NCBI GenBank assembly: GCA_963718615.1
Contig: OY970368.1
Location: 2,080,001 to 2,144,000, forward strand
DNA from: an uncultured cyanobacterium
GTDB taxonomy: Bacteria; Cyanobacteriota; Cyanobacteriia; PCC-9006; JAAUQQ01
DNA length: 64,000 bases
Direction of reading: 5' to 3'
The notes under the pieces: generated by a model
Seen by the model: the letters and a program-made list of their open reading frames with translations, nothing else
What the model was told of the DNA's origin: nothing
Databases searched by the model: none
Part shown: positions 9,576 through 20,294 of the stretch, piece after piece
Numbering within the stretch: the first letter of the stretch is position 1
Layout: every line of letters begins with the position of its first letter
Program-made: the position numbers and the translations under genes

Positions 9576-10682
9576 ATGACCACAACGTTCAATCAATCTC
9601 CCAGCATCAATGCCTGGGATCGCTTTTGTGATTGGATTACAAGCACAAGCAATCGTCTATATATCGGCTGGTTTGGTGTGCTTTTGATTCCCACTGCTTT
9701 AGTCTCCGCTATTGTTTTCATTCTCGCAATTGTTGCGGCTCCCCCAGTCGATATTGACGGGATTCGTGAGCCAGTTACGGGCTCATTGCTCTATGGCAAT
9801 AATCTGATGACTGCAACAGTTGTTCCGTCATCTAATGCAATTGGTTTGCACTTGTATCCTATTTGGGAAGCTGCCAGCCTAGATGAATGGCTTTACAACG
9901 GTGGCCCTTACCAGATGATTATTTTCCACTTTCTCGTCGCCATCTATGCCTACATGGGGCGTCAGTGGGAACTGAGTTATCGTCTGGGTATGCGGCCTTG
10001 GATTGCGGTTGCTTATTCTGCTCCCGTGGCTGCCGCAACCTCTGTGCTCCTGATCTATCCGATTGGCCAAGGCAGCTTTTCCGATGGCCTCATGCTTGGT
10101 GTTTCTGGCACGTTCAATTTCATGATCGTGTTTACAGCTGAGCATAACTTGCTGATGCATCCTTTCCATATGTTGGGTGTTATCGGGGTATTTGGCGGAG
10201 CTCTGTTCTCGGCTATGCATGGTTCTTTGGTAACAAGTTCTTTGGTTCGTGAAACCAGCGAAGTCGAATCTCTCAACCAGGGTTATAAGTTCGGTCAAGA
10301 AGAAGAAACCTACAATATTGTTGCGGCTCACGGCTACTTTGGTCGCCTGATCTTCCAATATGCCTCGTTCAACAACAGTCGGTCTCTGCATTTTTTCCTA
10401 GCAGCTTGGCCCGTGGTGGGGATTTGGTTTGCTGCCCTAGGCATCAGCACCATGGGCTTTAATTTGAACGGATTTAACTTCAATCAGTCGGTTCTCGATA
10501 GCCAAGGTCGTGTGATTAATACCTGGGCCGATGTCTTGAACCGGGCCAATCTAGGCATTGAGGTGATTCACGAACGGAATGCTCACAATTTCCCGCTCGA
10601 CCTTGCCTCTGGCACAGCACAACCTGTTGCCATCAGTGCTCTGAGCGGTTCTCCGGCCATTGCTCCAACTCTTGCTGGATAA
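9576..10682 (+). CDS. psbA: Photosystem II D1' (group 3, low-oxygen form)
   Basis: Mn-cluster ligands intact (D170, E189, H332, E333, D342, A344); D1' signatures G80A, F158L, T286A, plus P173M. Confidence 0.95.
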   Translation: MTTTFNQSPSINAWDRFCDWITSTSNRLYIGWFGVLLIPTALVSAIVFILAIVAAPPVDIDGIREPVTGSLLYGNNLMTATVVPSSNAIGLHLYPIWEAASLDEWLYNGGPYQMIIFHFLVAIYAYMGRQWELSYRLGMRPWIAVAYSAPVAAATSVLLIYPIGQGSFSDGLMLGVSGTFNFMIVFTAEHNLLMHPFHMLGVIGVFGGALFSAMHGSLVTSSLVRETSEVESLNQGYKFGQEEETYNIVAAHGYFGRLIFQYASFNNSRSLHFFLAAWPVVGIWFAALGISTMGFNLNGFNFNQSVLDSQGRVINTWADVLNRANLGIEVIHERNAHNFPLDLASGTAQPVAISALSGSPAIAPTLAG

Positions 10683-10725
10683 TTGTCATCCCTAGGAGTA
10701 TCTCCAGGACAGGTGTCGTCTAAGG

Positions 10726-10779
10726 CATTGGCAGGAAGAAACGGGCCGTGTTCAATCGTTCTTCTTGCCAATGTTTCTT
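10726..10779 (+). terminator. Hairpin after psbA
   Basis: CATTGGCAGGAAGAA..TTCTTCTTGCCAATG followed by TTTCTT. Confidence 0.65.
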
Positions 10780-10879
10780 AAGGTTTTTTATGGATTGGAC
10801 CATCAGGATTAGAATTGATCTTTCATTATTGATTTGAGTATAAGACAACTTAAAATAGTCACCCTAGAGGAATTTCCCA

Positions 10880-11242
10880 ATGAGCCTAAAATCTATTACT
10901 CGTCCTTTGAATACAACTGAAATTACCATCATGAGTAACGTCAGTACTGTTCAAGCCAAAGGAAGTAGGATCACGAGAATTGAGGCCAGTCAACAAACCC
11001 TTGATTCGTCCAATCAGGCAGCTATTCATTTAACATTTGATGTCGATCAGCCAGAAGAAGCTTCTCTTCCAAACCTTCTACAGTCCACTCAATCGCTCGG
11101 TTTGATTTTAAATTTAGAAGATGCCTTTGAGTTAGGATTACTTCTAGTAGCGATGGGATTAGTCGATCAAAACGATATAGAAGCGAGTCAAAGTTTAGAC
11201 CGCCTTGCTGGACTGATGAATGATTTGCAGAACAAAGGTTAA
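10880..11242 (+). CDS. Hypothetical protein
   Basis: 120-aa ORF with AGAGGA upstream; no recognised motif. Confidence 0.55.
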   Translation: MSLKSITRPLNTTEITIMSNVSTVQAKGSRITRIEASQQTLDSSNQAAIHLTFDVDQPEEASLPNLLQSTQSLGLILNLEDAFELGLLLVAMGLVDQNDIEASQSLDRLAGLMNDLQNKG

Positions 11243-11422
11243 GAATAACTGAATAATAAGTGGATTAGAGCGATTCAAGTTATTGGGCGGGCGATCGCAC
11301 CCATACAAGCAACCGCCCTTCTTACCATCCTCGCACCAAGCTTTCCATACCATCATTCCCGCCGGATCAGCCCGAAAACTCTTTTTTCGGGCTTTCCTAA
11401 CCTTTGTGGAACTAATACGCAA

Positions 11423-11794
11423 CTAGCTTTCCTTGCTTTGTAATGAGGGAATCCGCTCCACCATATATTGTCCTAAAAAGGTACTCACAATCGATAGGAT
11501 AATCGGCCCTAGGAAGAAAGACAGAGGACCCTGGACCGAAAAACCAGGGACAAAGACTGCAGCGAGCCAAAAACAAAAGCCATTCACAACGAGCGAAAAT
11601 AGACCAAAGCTTAGAAGGGTAAGGGGTAAAGACAATAATCGCAGAAGCGGACGGATGCTGCCGTTAACGACCCCGATGGCGATCGCCCCCACCAAAGCAG
11701 CTGCAAAGGTCGATAGATTGACACCCGGTAGCAGAATATCCACAACCAGCAAACTTAAGGCTGTAACCAGGCTCGTGAGCAAGATTCCTAACAT
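11423..11794 (-). CDS. YvlD/DUF360 (4-TMS holin-like) membrane protein
   Basis: VNGSIRPLLRLLSLPLTLLSFGLFSLVVNG motif. Confidence 0.85.
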   Translation of the reverse strand: MLGILLTSLVTALSLLVVDILLPGVNLSTFAAALVGAIAIGVVNGSIRPLLRLLSLPLTLLSFGLFSLVVNGFCFWLAAVFVPGFSVQGPLSFFLGPIILSIVSTFLGQYMVERIPSLQSKES

Positions 11795-12115
11795 AATTCA
11801 AGTATCCTCTATTAACGCGATTGATGAAGCGATATTAAGCATCAGACCTTCACCACGAATGGCTCTAGAATCGCGGTCTTCAGACTTGTGAAACATCTGT
11901 ACAAAGATAGAGCTTTGCACGAAATATCTAGGTCTGGTTTAGGTCTGGCTTAGATGAGAGATACGAATCGGAGAAAACAAGCCTTCGTACAGGACTATTT
12001 CATCCCTCTACCCTTGTTTATAGATTTCTACAATTAGACTTAAGGCAGAAGCGGCCTTCGAAGCATCTGCACATAATAAAAGACAACAACGATTTTAGAT
12101 AACCTAGAGGCTCTT

Positions 12116-12307
12116 TTGATGAATTCTAAGCTGTTTCACTATATCCTCGGGATCTTCCTACCACCTGTGGGGATCTTTTTAACCTATGGCGTCAGTAGTA
12201 CATTGTTAATTAACATCGTCTTAACAGTGATTGGCTACGTACCAGGCGTGATTCATGCCGTATGGGCGATCGGTAAGCATTACGAAAAGATCAACGAAGT
12301 TTACTAG
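12116..12307 (+). CDS. YqaE/Pmp3 family proteolipid
   Basis: IFLPPVGIF..INIVLTVIGYVPGVIHA. Confidence 0.9.
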   Translation: MMNSKLFHYILGIFLPPVGIFLTYGVSSTLLINIVLTVIGYVPGVIHAVWAIGKHYEKINEVY

Positions 12308-12351
12308 AGCTAGCTTGTAAATCCCTACGAACTTGTAAGACTGGTATAAAA

Positions 12352-13074
12352 TTACCTTGTACAAAGAGAATCATTAGCACTACTCCCATAGGCTCGATAG
12401 ATATTCTCACGGGTCATGACTTGCTCCGGCTGGCCGTCAGCCAAAAGATGACGTCTGAGTAAGAGCAAACGATCGTAGCGCTTGAGTGTATCGCCCCAAT
12501 CATGGTTGCAGACCAAGACTGTTTTGCCTTGGTGTTTGAGGCCATTCAACAACTGAAGGAAAAGTTGTTGAGTTTTCGGATCAATCCCTGCAAAAGGCTC
12601 GTCGAGCAGTAGCAAGTCAGCCTTTTGAGCCAGGGCACGGGCGAGGAATACCCGCTGCTGTTGCCCCCCCGAAAGCTGATTGATGGGGCGATCGCGCAAC
12701 GCCACCAAGTCCACCTGAGCTAAAGCCTCTAATGCCGCCTGCCGTTGCTGACCGGTTGGCCCCAGCAGCCAGCCTTGACCGGCGGCAAAGGCCATCATTA
12801 CGACATTCCAAGCTGTGATGGGATAGTCCCAATCAATTTGCGATCGCTGCGGGACATAAGCCACTCGTTGCCGCTGCCGCTGGAGCGGCTGTCCTTCAAA
12901 TAGAACCACACCTTGACTGGGCAAAAGCCCCAAAATAGCCTGAATTAGCGTGCTTTTTCCTGCCCCATTAGGACCAATCAGCCCCACCAACTCCCCTGGC
13001 TGCAGCCGAAGAGAGATATCTTCTAGGGCCAAGATGCCCCGATAGTTGACAGAGAGATGCTGAACTTCTAGCAT
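12352..13074 (-). CDS. Zn/Mn ABC transporter ATP-binding subunit
   Basis: GPNGAGKST, YVPQRSQIDWDYP, LSGGQQQR, LLDEP. Confidence 0.92.
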   Translation of the reverse strand: MLEVQHLSVNYRGILALEDISLRLQPGELVGLIGPNGAGKSTLIQAILGLLPSQGVVLFEGQPLQRQRQRVAYVPQRSQIDWDYPITAWNVVMMAFAAGQGWLLGPTGQQRQAALEALAQVDLVALRDRPINQLSGGQQQRVFLARALAQKADLLLLDEPFAGIDPKTQQLFLQLLNGLKHQGKTVLVCNHDWGDTLKRYDRLLLLRRHLLADGQPEQVMTRENIYRAYGSSANDSLCTR

Positions 13075-13081
13075 GAGCGAA

Positions 13082-13096
13082 CGATAATCATTCTCA
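13082..13096. promoter_or_regulatory. Zur/Fur-family box
   Basis: CGATAATCATTCTCA, 13/15 to TGATAATNATTATCA, between divergent metal ABC genes. Confidence 0.75.
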
Positions 13097-13127
13097 ATTT
13101 GGTTATCATAGCAAAAAGTCGGGCCAA

Positions 13128-14237
13128 ATGATCGGGGCAATGGGGAGCAATATGTTTCAGCTACAGGGCAAATGGGGTTGGGTTTGGGGACTCGTCTTAG
13201 TGGGGGGGATCAGTGGCTGTAGCCAGTCTGAGGGTTTATCCAGTCAAAACTCCAGTAGCCCAGGGGAAGAGAATGTCAACAAGCCGGAGGTTGTTGCAGC
13301 AACCCAGGTCCTTTGTGATTTAACTCGTCAAATTGCCCAGGAGACCCTACAGCTTACTTGTCTGATGCAGCCTGGCCAAGATCCCCACACCTATGAGATG
13401 ACCCCTAGCGATCGCCGAGCCATTGAAACGGCTGATTTGGTTCTGTACAGTGGGTTCTCTTTTCCTCTAGGCATGGTTCAAACCATCGAATCTGTAAAGT
13501 CAGACCAGGAGCGTTTGGCGGTTTATGAAGTGGCGGTGCCACAGCCTCGGCTGATTAAAGAGCATGATCATGGGCATGAGCATGAGCACGAGGATGTTCA
13601 TGAAGATAGGCCTGTTAACGCTGCAAATCCTAAAAATAGCGAGACATCTCAGAACCAAGATCTGGTCGCAGATCCCCATGTTTGGCACTATGCTCCTCAC
13701 AACGCGGCAATGGTAGAGGTGATTCGCGATCGCCTTCAACAACTTGCCCCAGAGCACAAGATGCAGTACCAACGGACCGCCAGTAGCTTAATAGAATCGT
13801 TTCAGTCTATAGACACCTGGATCAAAGCACAGATTTCAACGATCCCCGCCACTTCGCGCAAACTGATCACCACCCATGAAGCATTGGGCTATTTTGCAGA
13901 AGGCTATGGTCTGACCCTAGCAGGCGCTCTTGAAGGGCTATCCACAGAAGAACGACCCTCCGCTGCTCGGATTGCAGCCCTAGCTCAGCAAGTAAAATCT
14001 ACCGGGGTGCCAGCGATCTTCGCCGAATCCAGCGTCAGCCGTGAGCTTATACAAGCCGTTGCTCAAGAAGCCGGAGTGACTGTCGCAACTTCCCCTCTCT
14101 TTGTTGACGGTCCGGGTGAACCGGGCAGTGGAGCAGAAACCGTGAGCACGCTACTCATTCATAACACCTGCACGATTGTGAATGCTTTAGGAGGGCAATG
14201 CACACCGCTGAGTTTGCCTGCTCAGCCTCCATCCTGA
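13128..14237 (+). CDS. Zn (ZnuA-like) ABC substrate-binding lipoprotein
   Basis: Lipobox ISGC, DPHTYE, His-rich loop, DPHVW, THEALGYF. Confidence 0.9.
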   Translation: MIGAMGSNMFQLQGKWGWVWGLVLVGGISGCSQSEGLSSQNSSSPGEENVNKPEVVAATQVLCDLTRQIAQETLQLTCLMQPGQDPHTYEMTPSDRRAIETADLVLYSGFSFPLGMVQTIESVKSDQERLAVYEVAVPQPRLIKEHDHGHEHEHEDVHEDRPVNAANPKNSETSQNQDLVADPHVWHYAPHNAAMVEVIRDRLQQLAPEHKMQYQRTASSLIESFQSIDTWIKAQISTIPATSRKLITTHEALGYFAEGYGLTLAGALEGLSTEERPSAARIAALAQQVKSTGVPAIFAESSVSRELIQAVAQEAGVTVATSPLFVDGPGEPGSGAETVSTLLIHNTCTIVNALGGQCTPLSLPAQPPS

Positions 14238-14393
14238 GCCAAAAGATTGAGAAATTTAGACCTACCGAATTAATTTTCTCTGTCAAGCTTCTGTCAAGCT
14301 GATGTCATGCAACAAGGTTAAATAAATCTAAAATTTCCTGCCGTTGTTAGATTAAAGACTTTCCGCCAACATTGAATTTGTTTAGCCTATAAG

Positions 14394-14438
14394 CTAGAGC
14401 CACAAAACCTAGAGCCACAGAACCTAGAGCCACAAAGC
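14394..14438 (+). repeat. 15-bp tandem repeat x3 (CTAGAGCCACARARC)
   Basis: Read directly, upstream of phosphoketolase. Confidence 0.85.
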
Positions 14439-14544
14439 CCAAAAAGTTTTGTAGCAATTGAATGGCCCTCTGCCCAGAAGATGCAAACGGTTTAGCCACC
14501 GAATCTTGCTTGGCTAGTGCTCAATCAGCTTGGAGGAAACTTGT

Positions 14545-16959
14545 ATGACTGCTTCATCTACACCCACCTGGATTACAACCCAAAATCAGGTTTTGTCGGC
14601 TGAAGAACTGGCCCGAATGGATGCTTATTGGCGAGCCTGCAATTATCTGGCCGTTGGCATGATTTATTTACGGGACAATCCCCTCCTCAAGGAACCCCTT
14701 AAGGCTGAACAGGTCAAATACCGCCTCCTGGGCCATTGGGGCGCTTCTCCAGCCCTCAGTTTCACCTACATCCACTGTAATCGCCTGATCCTCAAATACG
14801 ACTTGGACATGATCTTTGTCGCGGGTCCCGGTCATGGCGCGCCGGGAGTTCTGGGTCCGGTCTATCTGGAAGGCACCTATTCAGAAATCTATCCCGATAA
14901 GAGCCAAGACGAAGAGGGGATGCGACGGTTTTTTAAGCAATTTTCTTTTCCTGGCTATATCGGTAGCCACGTCACGCCGGAGACCCCCGGTTCAATTCAT
15001 GAAGGGGGAGAATTGGGTTACAGCGTTTCCCATGCCTACGGGGCGATTTTGGACAATCCCGATTTGATTGTGACCTGTGTCGTGGGAGATGGAGAGGCTG
15101 AAACGGGACCCCTAGCCACGGCCTGGCACTCCAATAAATTTATTAATCCGGCACGGGATGGAGCGGTGTTGCCGATTCTGAATCTCAACGGCTATAAGAT
15201 TGCCAATCCCACAATTTTAGCCCGCATTTCCCACGAAGAACTGGAATGTTTGTTTAAGGGCTATGGTTACACGCCCTACTTCGTCGAAGGCAAAGATCCC
15301 CTAGAGATGCACCAATGTATGGCCCAAGTCATGGAGGAATGCATTCTCAAAATCAAGGAAATTCAACGAGATGCTCGGGTTCACGACAAAGTGGAGCGCC
15401 CCCGCTGGCCGATGATTGTCCTGCGCACCCCCAAGGGATGGACCGGCCCCGCCGAGGTTGATGGTCATAAGGTGGAGGATTTTTGGCGATCGCACCAAGT
15501 CCCCATCGGCGGAATCCACAGCAACCCCGAGCACTTGCGCAGACTAGAAGCCTGGATGCAAAGCTACAAACCCGAGGAACTGTTTGACGAAAAGGGTTCG
15601 TTAATCCCAGAACTTCAAGCCCTAGCGCCAACCGGTACGCGTCGTATGGGGTCTAATCCCCACGCCAATGGAGGTCTGCTGCGCAAGGCGCTCAAACTGC
15701 CAAATTTCCGTGATTATGCGGTTTCAATGGAAGGCCATGGTCAGGCGGAGTTTGAAAACACGCGGGTCTTAGGGATGTTTATGCGCGATGTCATGCGGGA
15801 CAATCCCAACAATTTCCGCCTCATGGGACCGGACGAAACGGCTTCCAACCGGCTTCATGATGTCTACGAGGTAACCAAGAAGGCTTGGATGGCAGACTTT
15901 TATCCCGAAGATCTTGATGGTAGTCAACTTTCACGGGATGGCCGGGTGATGGAGATGCTAAGCGAACACACCCTCCAGGGCTGGCTCGAAGCCTATCTCT
16001 TAACCGGGCGTCACGGCCTCTTCCACACCTACGAAGCCTTTGCCCATGTGGTCGATTCAATGTTCAATCAACATGCCAAATGGTTGGATATTTGCCAATC
16101 CCACGTGCCTTGGCGACGATCGGTCTCTTCACTCAATATTTTGCTCTCATCCCTCGTCTGGCGGCAGGACCACAACGGCTTTAGCCATCAGGATCCGGGC
16201 TATGTGGATTTGGTGACCAACAAAAGCCCCAATGTAGTACGCGTCTATTTCCCGCCGGATGCCAACTGCTTGCTCTCCGTGGCCGACCATTGCTTCCGCA
16301 GCACCGACTATATCAATGTGATTGTGTCCGACAAGCAAGAACATTTGCAGTATTTGCCGATGGAAGAGGCGATCGCCCACTGTACTAAGGGAATTGGCAT
16401 CTGGAGTTGGGCCAGCAACGATGACTGCGGCACTGAGCCAGATGAGCCAGATGTGGTCATGGCCTGTTGTGGAGACATCCCAACTATGGAATCCTTGGCA
16501 GCGACAGCGATTTTGCGGCAAGAGTTTCCTGAACTCAAAATTCGCTTTGTCAACGTGGTAGATCTCTTCACCTTAATGTCCCAAGGAGAACACCCCCATG
16601 GTCTCAGCGATTGGGATTTTGACACTCTCTTTACCCCCGACAAGCCCGTCATCTTTAATTTCCATGGGTATCCCTGGTTGATTCACAAGCTAATCTATCG
16701 CCGTTCTAACCAAGAACGTATCCATGTCCGGGGTTATAAGGAAGAGGGCAATATCAATACGCCGCTGGAGCTAGCCATTAAGAACCAAGTTGACCGATTT
16801 AACCTAGTCATTGATGTGATTAATCGAGTGCCGAAACTCGGCTCCGCCGCTGCCCATGCCAAGGAACGGATGAAAAACACAATCATCGAATGCCTAACCT
16901 ATGCCCATGAGCATGGCAAAGACCAAGATGAAATTACCAATTGGAAGTGGCCCTACTAG
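14545..16959 (+). CDS. xfp: Xylulose-5-P/fructose-6-P phosphoketolase
   Basis: [22 protein letters not shown] motif, [12 protein letters not shown]; GGAGG before ATG 14545. Confidence 0.96.
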   Translation: MTASSTPTWITTQNQVLSAEELARMDAYWRACNYLAVGMIYLRDNPLLKEPLKAEQVKYRLLGHWGASPALSFTYIHCNRLILKYDLDMIFVAGPGHGAPGVLGPVYLEGTYSEIYPDKSQDEEGMRRFFKQFSFPGYIGSHVTPETPGSIHEGGELGYSVSHAYGAILDNPDLIVTCVVGDGEAETGPLATAWHSNKFINPARDGAVLPILNLNGYKIANPTILARISHEELECLFKGYGYTPYFVEGKDPLEMHQCMAQVMEECILKIKEIQRDARVHDKVERPRWPMIVLRTPKGWTGPAEVDGHKVEDFWRSHQVPIGGIHSNPEHLRRLEAWMQSYKPEELFDEKGSLIPELQALAPTGTRRMGSNPHANGGLLRKALKLPNFRDYAVSMEGHGQAEFENTRVLGMFMRDVMRDNPNNFRLMGPDETASNRLHDVYEVTKKAWMADFYPEDLDGSQLSRDGRVMEMLSEHTLQGWLEAYLLTGRHGLFHTYEAFAHVVDSMFNQHAKWLDICQSHVPWRRSVSSLNILLSSLVWRQDHNGFSHQDPGYVDLVTNKSPNVVRVYFPPDANCLLSVADHCFRSTDYINVIVSDKQEHLQYLPMEEAIAHCTKGIGIWSWASNDDCGTEPDEPDVVMACCGDIPTMESLAATAILRQEFPELKIRFVNVVDLFTLMSQGEHPHGLSDWDFDTLFTPDKPVIFNFHGYPWLIHKLIYRRSNQERIHVRGYKEEGNINTPLELAIKNQVDRFNLVIDVINRVPKLGSAAAHAKERMKNTIIECLTYAHEHGKDQDEITNWKWPY

Positions 16960-17194
16960 TTGAGATAGACGCTTGGCTTAGTATCGCCAAACATCCTGAT
17001 CTGGCTATGACTTTCTTTGCCTCCCCCCTTCCCTAGTTGACGATTTGGGTGGAGGGCGATCGCACGGGAACGAGTTTAGTTTCCGGCGATCGCCACCCGC
17101 TCTATTCAGGACTGACGAAGTCGTTCAAGCCTCTGTCCCCTAGTCCATTTAACTTGCTTCGCGATCTAGAATAGAGGAATAGAAAATAGCAGAA

Positions 17195-17833
17195 ATGAAT
17201 GTCAAGTTGTATCTACTACGTCATGGTGAAACAACATTTAGCCAAACCGGCGGCTACTGTGGGGCTTTAGATGTAGAACTCACTTCCTTCGGTCAAGCCA
17301 TGGCTCAATCCTTTGCTGATGCCTATCAACATCTGAAGTGGGAAGCCATCTATTGCAGCCCAATGAAACGCACCCAAGCCACAGCGACTCCAATCGCCCA
17401 GGCAACAGGCTTGATTCCCCAACTGCGGGAGGGGCTGAAGGAAGGACACTTTGGTCAATGGGAAGGCAAAGAAAAAGAGGAGGTTCGACGCAACTTTGAG
17501 GAAGACTACTACCATTGGATGACAGAACCAGCCTGGAATGCTCCCACCGGGGGCGAGACCGCTGTGGAGGTGGCGAATCGGGCCATGGCTGTGATCGCAG
17601 AAATAAAGGAAAAACATACCGCTGGCAATGTACTGGTGGTCTCCCATAAGACGACTCTACGGGTGATTCTCTGTAGTTTGCTGGGGATTGATTTAGGACG
17701 ATATCGCGATCGCCTCGACTATCCCGCAGCCTCGCTGAGTGTGGTGAATTTTGGGCGGTATGGTCCGTTGCTGGAACGGATGGGCGATCGCACTCACATG
17801 CCCCCCGAATTGCTGGCACGGGAGGGCACATGA
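17195..17833 (+). CDS. Histidine phosphatase (phosphoglycerate mutase family)
   Basis: LLRHGET, SPMKR, VVSH. Confidence 0.9.
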   Translation: MNVKLYLLRHGETTFSQTGGYCGALDVELTSFGQAMAQSFADAYQHLKWEAIYCSPMKRTQATATPIAQATGLIPQLREGLKEGHFGQWEGKEKEEVRRNFEEDYYHWMTEPAWNAPTGGETAVEVANRAMAVIAEIKEKHTAGNVLVVSHKTTLRVILCSLLGIDLGRYRDRLDYPAASLSVVNFGRYGPLLERMGDRTHMPPELLAREGT

Positions 17834-19047
17834 ACATTCTGGTCCTGAACGCAGGGTCGAGCAGCCACAAAAGTTGTCTATACCAATTGTCTAGCAAACT
17901 ATTGCCACCTGAACCCCCCAAGCCCTTGTGGGAAGGATCAATCGATTGGACTCATCAACCTGGCCAAGCAGAGCTTCAGATTAGAACCGCAGCGGGATGT
18001 TCTATCACAAAAACGCTGCCAAGTGACGATGGCAAAGCTGTAATTCAGGATTTACTCAAAAGCTTATGGCAAGGAAATACCCAGGTTATTGCAAAGCCAA
18101 CTGAAGTCCATGGAATAGGCCACCGCGTGGTTCATGGCGGGCAAATCTACCGCGAAGCAGTGCGGATCGACGAAGCCGTCAAAGCAACGATTCGGGAGCT
18201 CATTCCCCTCGCACCGGCCCATAACCCTGTAAACCTAGAGAGCATCGAGATTAGCGAGACGCTGCTGGGGCCAGACATTCCGCAATTTGCTATCTTCGAC
18301 ACGGCTTTCCATAGCCATCTGCCGAAGGCTGCTGCGGTTTATCCCGGTCCCTATGACTGGGTTGCGCAGGGCATTCGCCGCTATGGGTTTCACGGCATTA
18401 GCCACGAGTATTGTGCCCATCGCGTTGCACAGTTGCTTGGCCAAGACTTGCATTCTCTGCGTTTGATTACCTGTCATCTGGGCAATGGCTGCTCTTTGGC
18501 GGCAATCCGCGAGGGTCGGAGTGTGGACACAACTATGGGATTTACGCCCTTGGAAGGGCTGATGATGGGCAGTCGTTCGGGGTCTGTGGATCCGGGGATT
18601 TTGCTGTATTTGATGCGGCAGCAGGGACTGAATGCGGATGATCTTGAGCGGTTGCTGAATAAACAGTCAGGGTTGCTGGGATTATCTGGGGTTTCTAATG
18701 ATCTGCGGGTGGTGAAGGAGGCGATCGCCCAAAACAACCCCCAAGCGCAATTGGCCTATGAGGTTTATATTCACCGCATTCGCAGCGGCGTTGGGGCGAT
18801 GTTGGCGAGTCTAGGCGGACTGGATGCGCTCGTGTTTACGGCGGGGGTGGGGGAGCATGATGGGGGGGTGCGATCGCAAGTTTGCGAGGCCTTTGGGTTT
18901 CTAGGATTGACGCTTGATGCGACGAAAAATCAGGGCAATCCTCAGGATGAGGATGTCGCTGTACCTGAGTCGCGGATTCGAGTGTTTGTCATTCAAACTC
19001 AGGAAGACTGGCAGATTGCGAAGACCTGCTGGGCAATGCTGGCCTAA
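17830..19047 (+). CDS. ackA: Acetate kinase
   Basis: VLNAGSSS, GHRVVHGG, FDTAFH, CHLGNGCS, FTAGVGE. Confidence 0.96.
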   Translation: MNILVLNAGSSSHKSCLYQLSSKLLPPEPPKPLWEGSIDWTHQPGQAELQIRTAAGCSITKTLPSDDGKAVIQDLLKSLWQGNTQVIAKPTEVHGIGHRVVHGGQIYREAVRIDEAVKATIRELIPLAPAHNPVNLESIEISETLLGPDIPQFAIFDTAFHSHLPKAAAVYPGPYDWVAQGIRRYGFHGISHEYCAHRVAQLLGQDLHSLRLITCHLGNGCSLAAIREGRSVDTTMGFTPLEGLMMGSRSGSVDPGILLYLMRQQGLNADDLERLLNKQSGLLGLSGVSNDLRVVKEAIAQNNPQAQLAYEVYIHRIRSGVGAMLASLGGLDALVFTAGVGEHDGGVRSQVCEAFGFLGLTLDATKNQGNPQDEDVAVPESRIRVFVIQTQEDWQIAKTCWAMLA

Positions 19048-19190
19048 GCTTATGACCTCAGCTTGCGGTGAGTCAGTCTGTTCTATCAATAATGCTAAGT
19101 CTCGATCGTTGTATTAATCCAGCGCCTAGCTGGATCTCAACCGAAAAACCGTCATTTTTTTTGAGAAAACTTTAGATTTTATGAAATGGT

Positions 19191-19207
19191 CGGAAATGTT
19201 TTTTCCG
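19191..19207. promoter_or_regulatory. Inverted repeat, candidate WYL autoregulatory operator
   Basis: CGGAAA-TGTTT-TTTCCG, ~45 bp upstream of the WYL start. Confidence 0.4.
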
Positions 19208-19249
19208 GGTAGTTCTTTTAACATGGGTATTAATCTATGATTAAGACTT

Positions 19250-19945
19250 ATGACTCGACGATTAGAGCGTCTGTTGAGATTAGATGAGCTACTCAGAGAA
19301 CAAGGACGACAAACCGCAGAAACGCTGGCTGCGGAATTGGAGCGTACAGAGCGGACAATCCGTAGCGATATTGAATTCTTACGCAATCGCTATGGTGCAC
19401 CCATCCAATTCTCTCAGCAGAAAGGTTGGTACTATACTGACCCAGATTGGCGCTTGCCCACCGTTGCACTCACCCAGGGAGAGCTGTTTGCTTTGACACT
19501 TGGAGCACGAATGCTACGGACTTATGCTGGCTCCGCCTACGCCCAAGAACTAGAGGGGGCGATCGCCCAACTTGCCCAACGTCTGCCAGAGCAAACCTGG
19601 GTTGATCTTCAACAATTGGCTGAGCAGAATATGCTGTTCAGAACGGGGGCAGAGCTGGACCTGAATCCTGAAATCTGGCAGTGCTTGGAACAAGCTTGCC
19701 AGAAACGGAAACGGGTTTGGATGCGCTATGCAACTCCTGGTAAGCCAGTTTCGGAGCGAGAAGTCGATCCCTATCTTCTGCATATCTCCCAAGCTAATCC
19801 TTACATGACGGGCTGGTGTCATAAGCGGCAGGAGGTCCGGTGGTTCCGGGTTGATCGGATTCAAGCGGTGGAGCTCCAAAAGGAGCAATTTGAGATAGAT
19901 GCAGCTTTTGATCGGGAAGCACATGAAGTGACCCCCAAAACCTGA
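19250..19945 (+). pseudogene. HTH-WYL transcriptional regulator, C-terminally truncated by IS3
   Basis: ERTIRSDIEFLR HTH, REVDPY..WFRVDRI WYL; last codons are read from the IS end; WCX domain missing. Confidence 0.85.
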
Positions 19946-19991
19946 ACAGAAGCGAGAGAGAGTAAGCTAAAGTCTAGGAGGCAAAAGGGTC

Positions 19992-20294
19992 ATGGCAAAA
20001 AGACAGAGAAATTACAGCAGCGAGTTCAAGGCCAAGGTGGTACTGGAAATGGTCAGCGGCCAGCGGTCGCCGACGGAGGCAAGTCGAGCTCATAAGGTCC
20101 ATCTATCAGTGCTATGCCGGTGGAAGAATGAATTTCTCAAGCAGGCCCATCGAGCATTTGAAGGGAAAGAATCAAATGACGAAGCCTCAGAGAGAATAAG
20201 CGAATTAGAAAGAATGATAGGTCGATTGACAATGGAGCTGGAAGTGTCAAAAAAAGCTTCGGATGTGTGGAACCTGAGCGGAAACGGAAAATGA
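19992..20294 (+). CDS. IS3 transposase OrfA
   Basis: RNYSSEFKAKVVLE HTH; ELERMIGRLTME zipper. Confidence 0.9.
   Translation: MAKRQRNYSSEFKAKVVLEMVSGQRSPTEASRAHKVHLSVLCRWKNEFLKQAHRAFEGKESNDEASERISELERMIGRLTMELEVSKKASDVWNLSGNGK

Noticed and set aside
11423-11794. Prophage holin
   Set aside because: YvlD-type genes are ordinary chromosomal genes, and there are no phage genes nearby.
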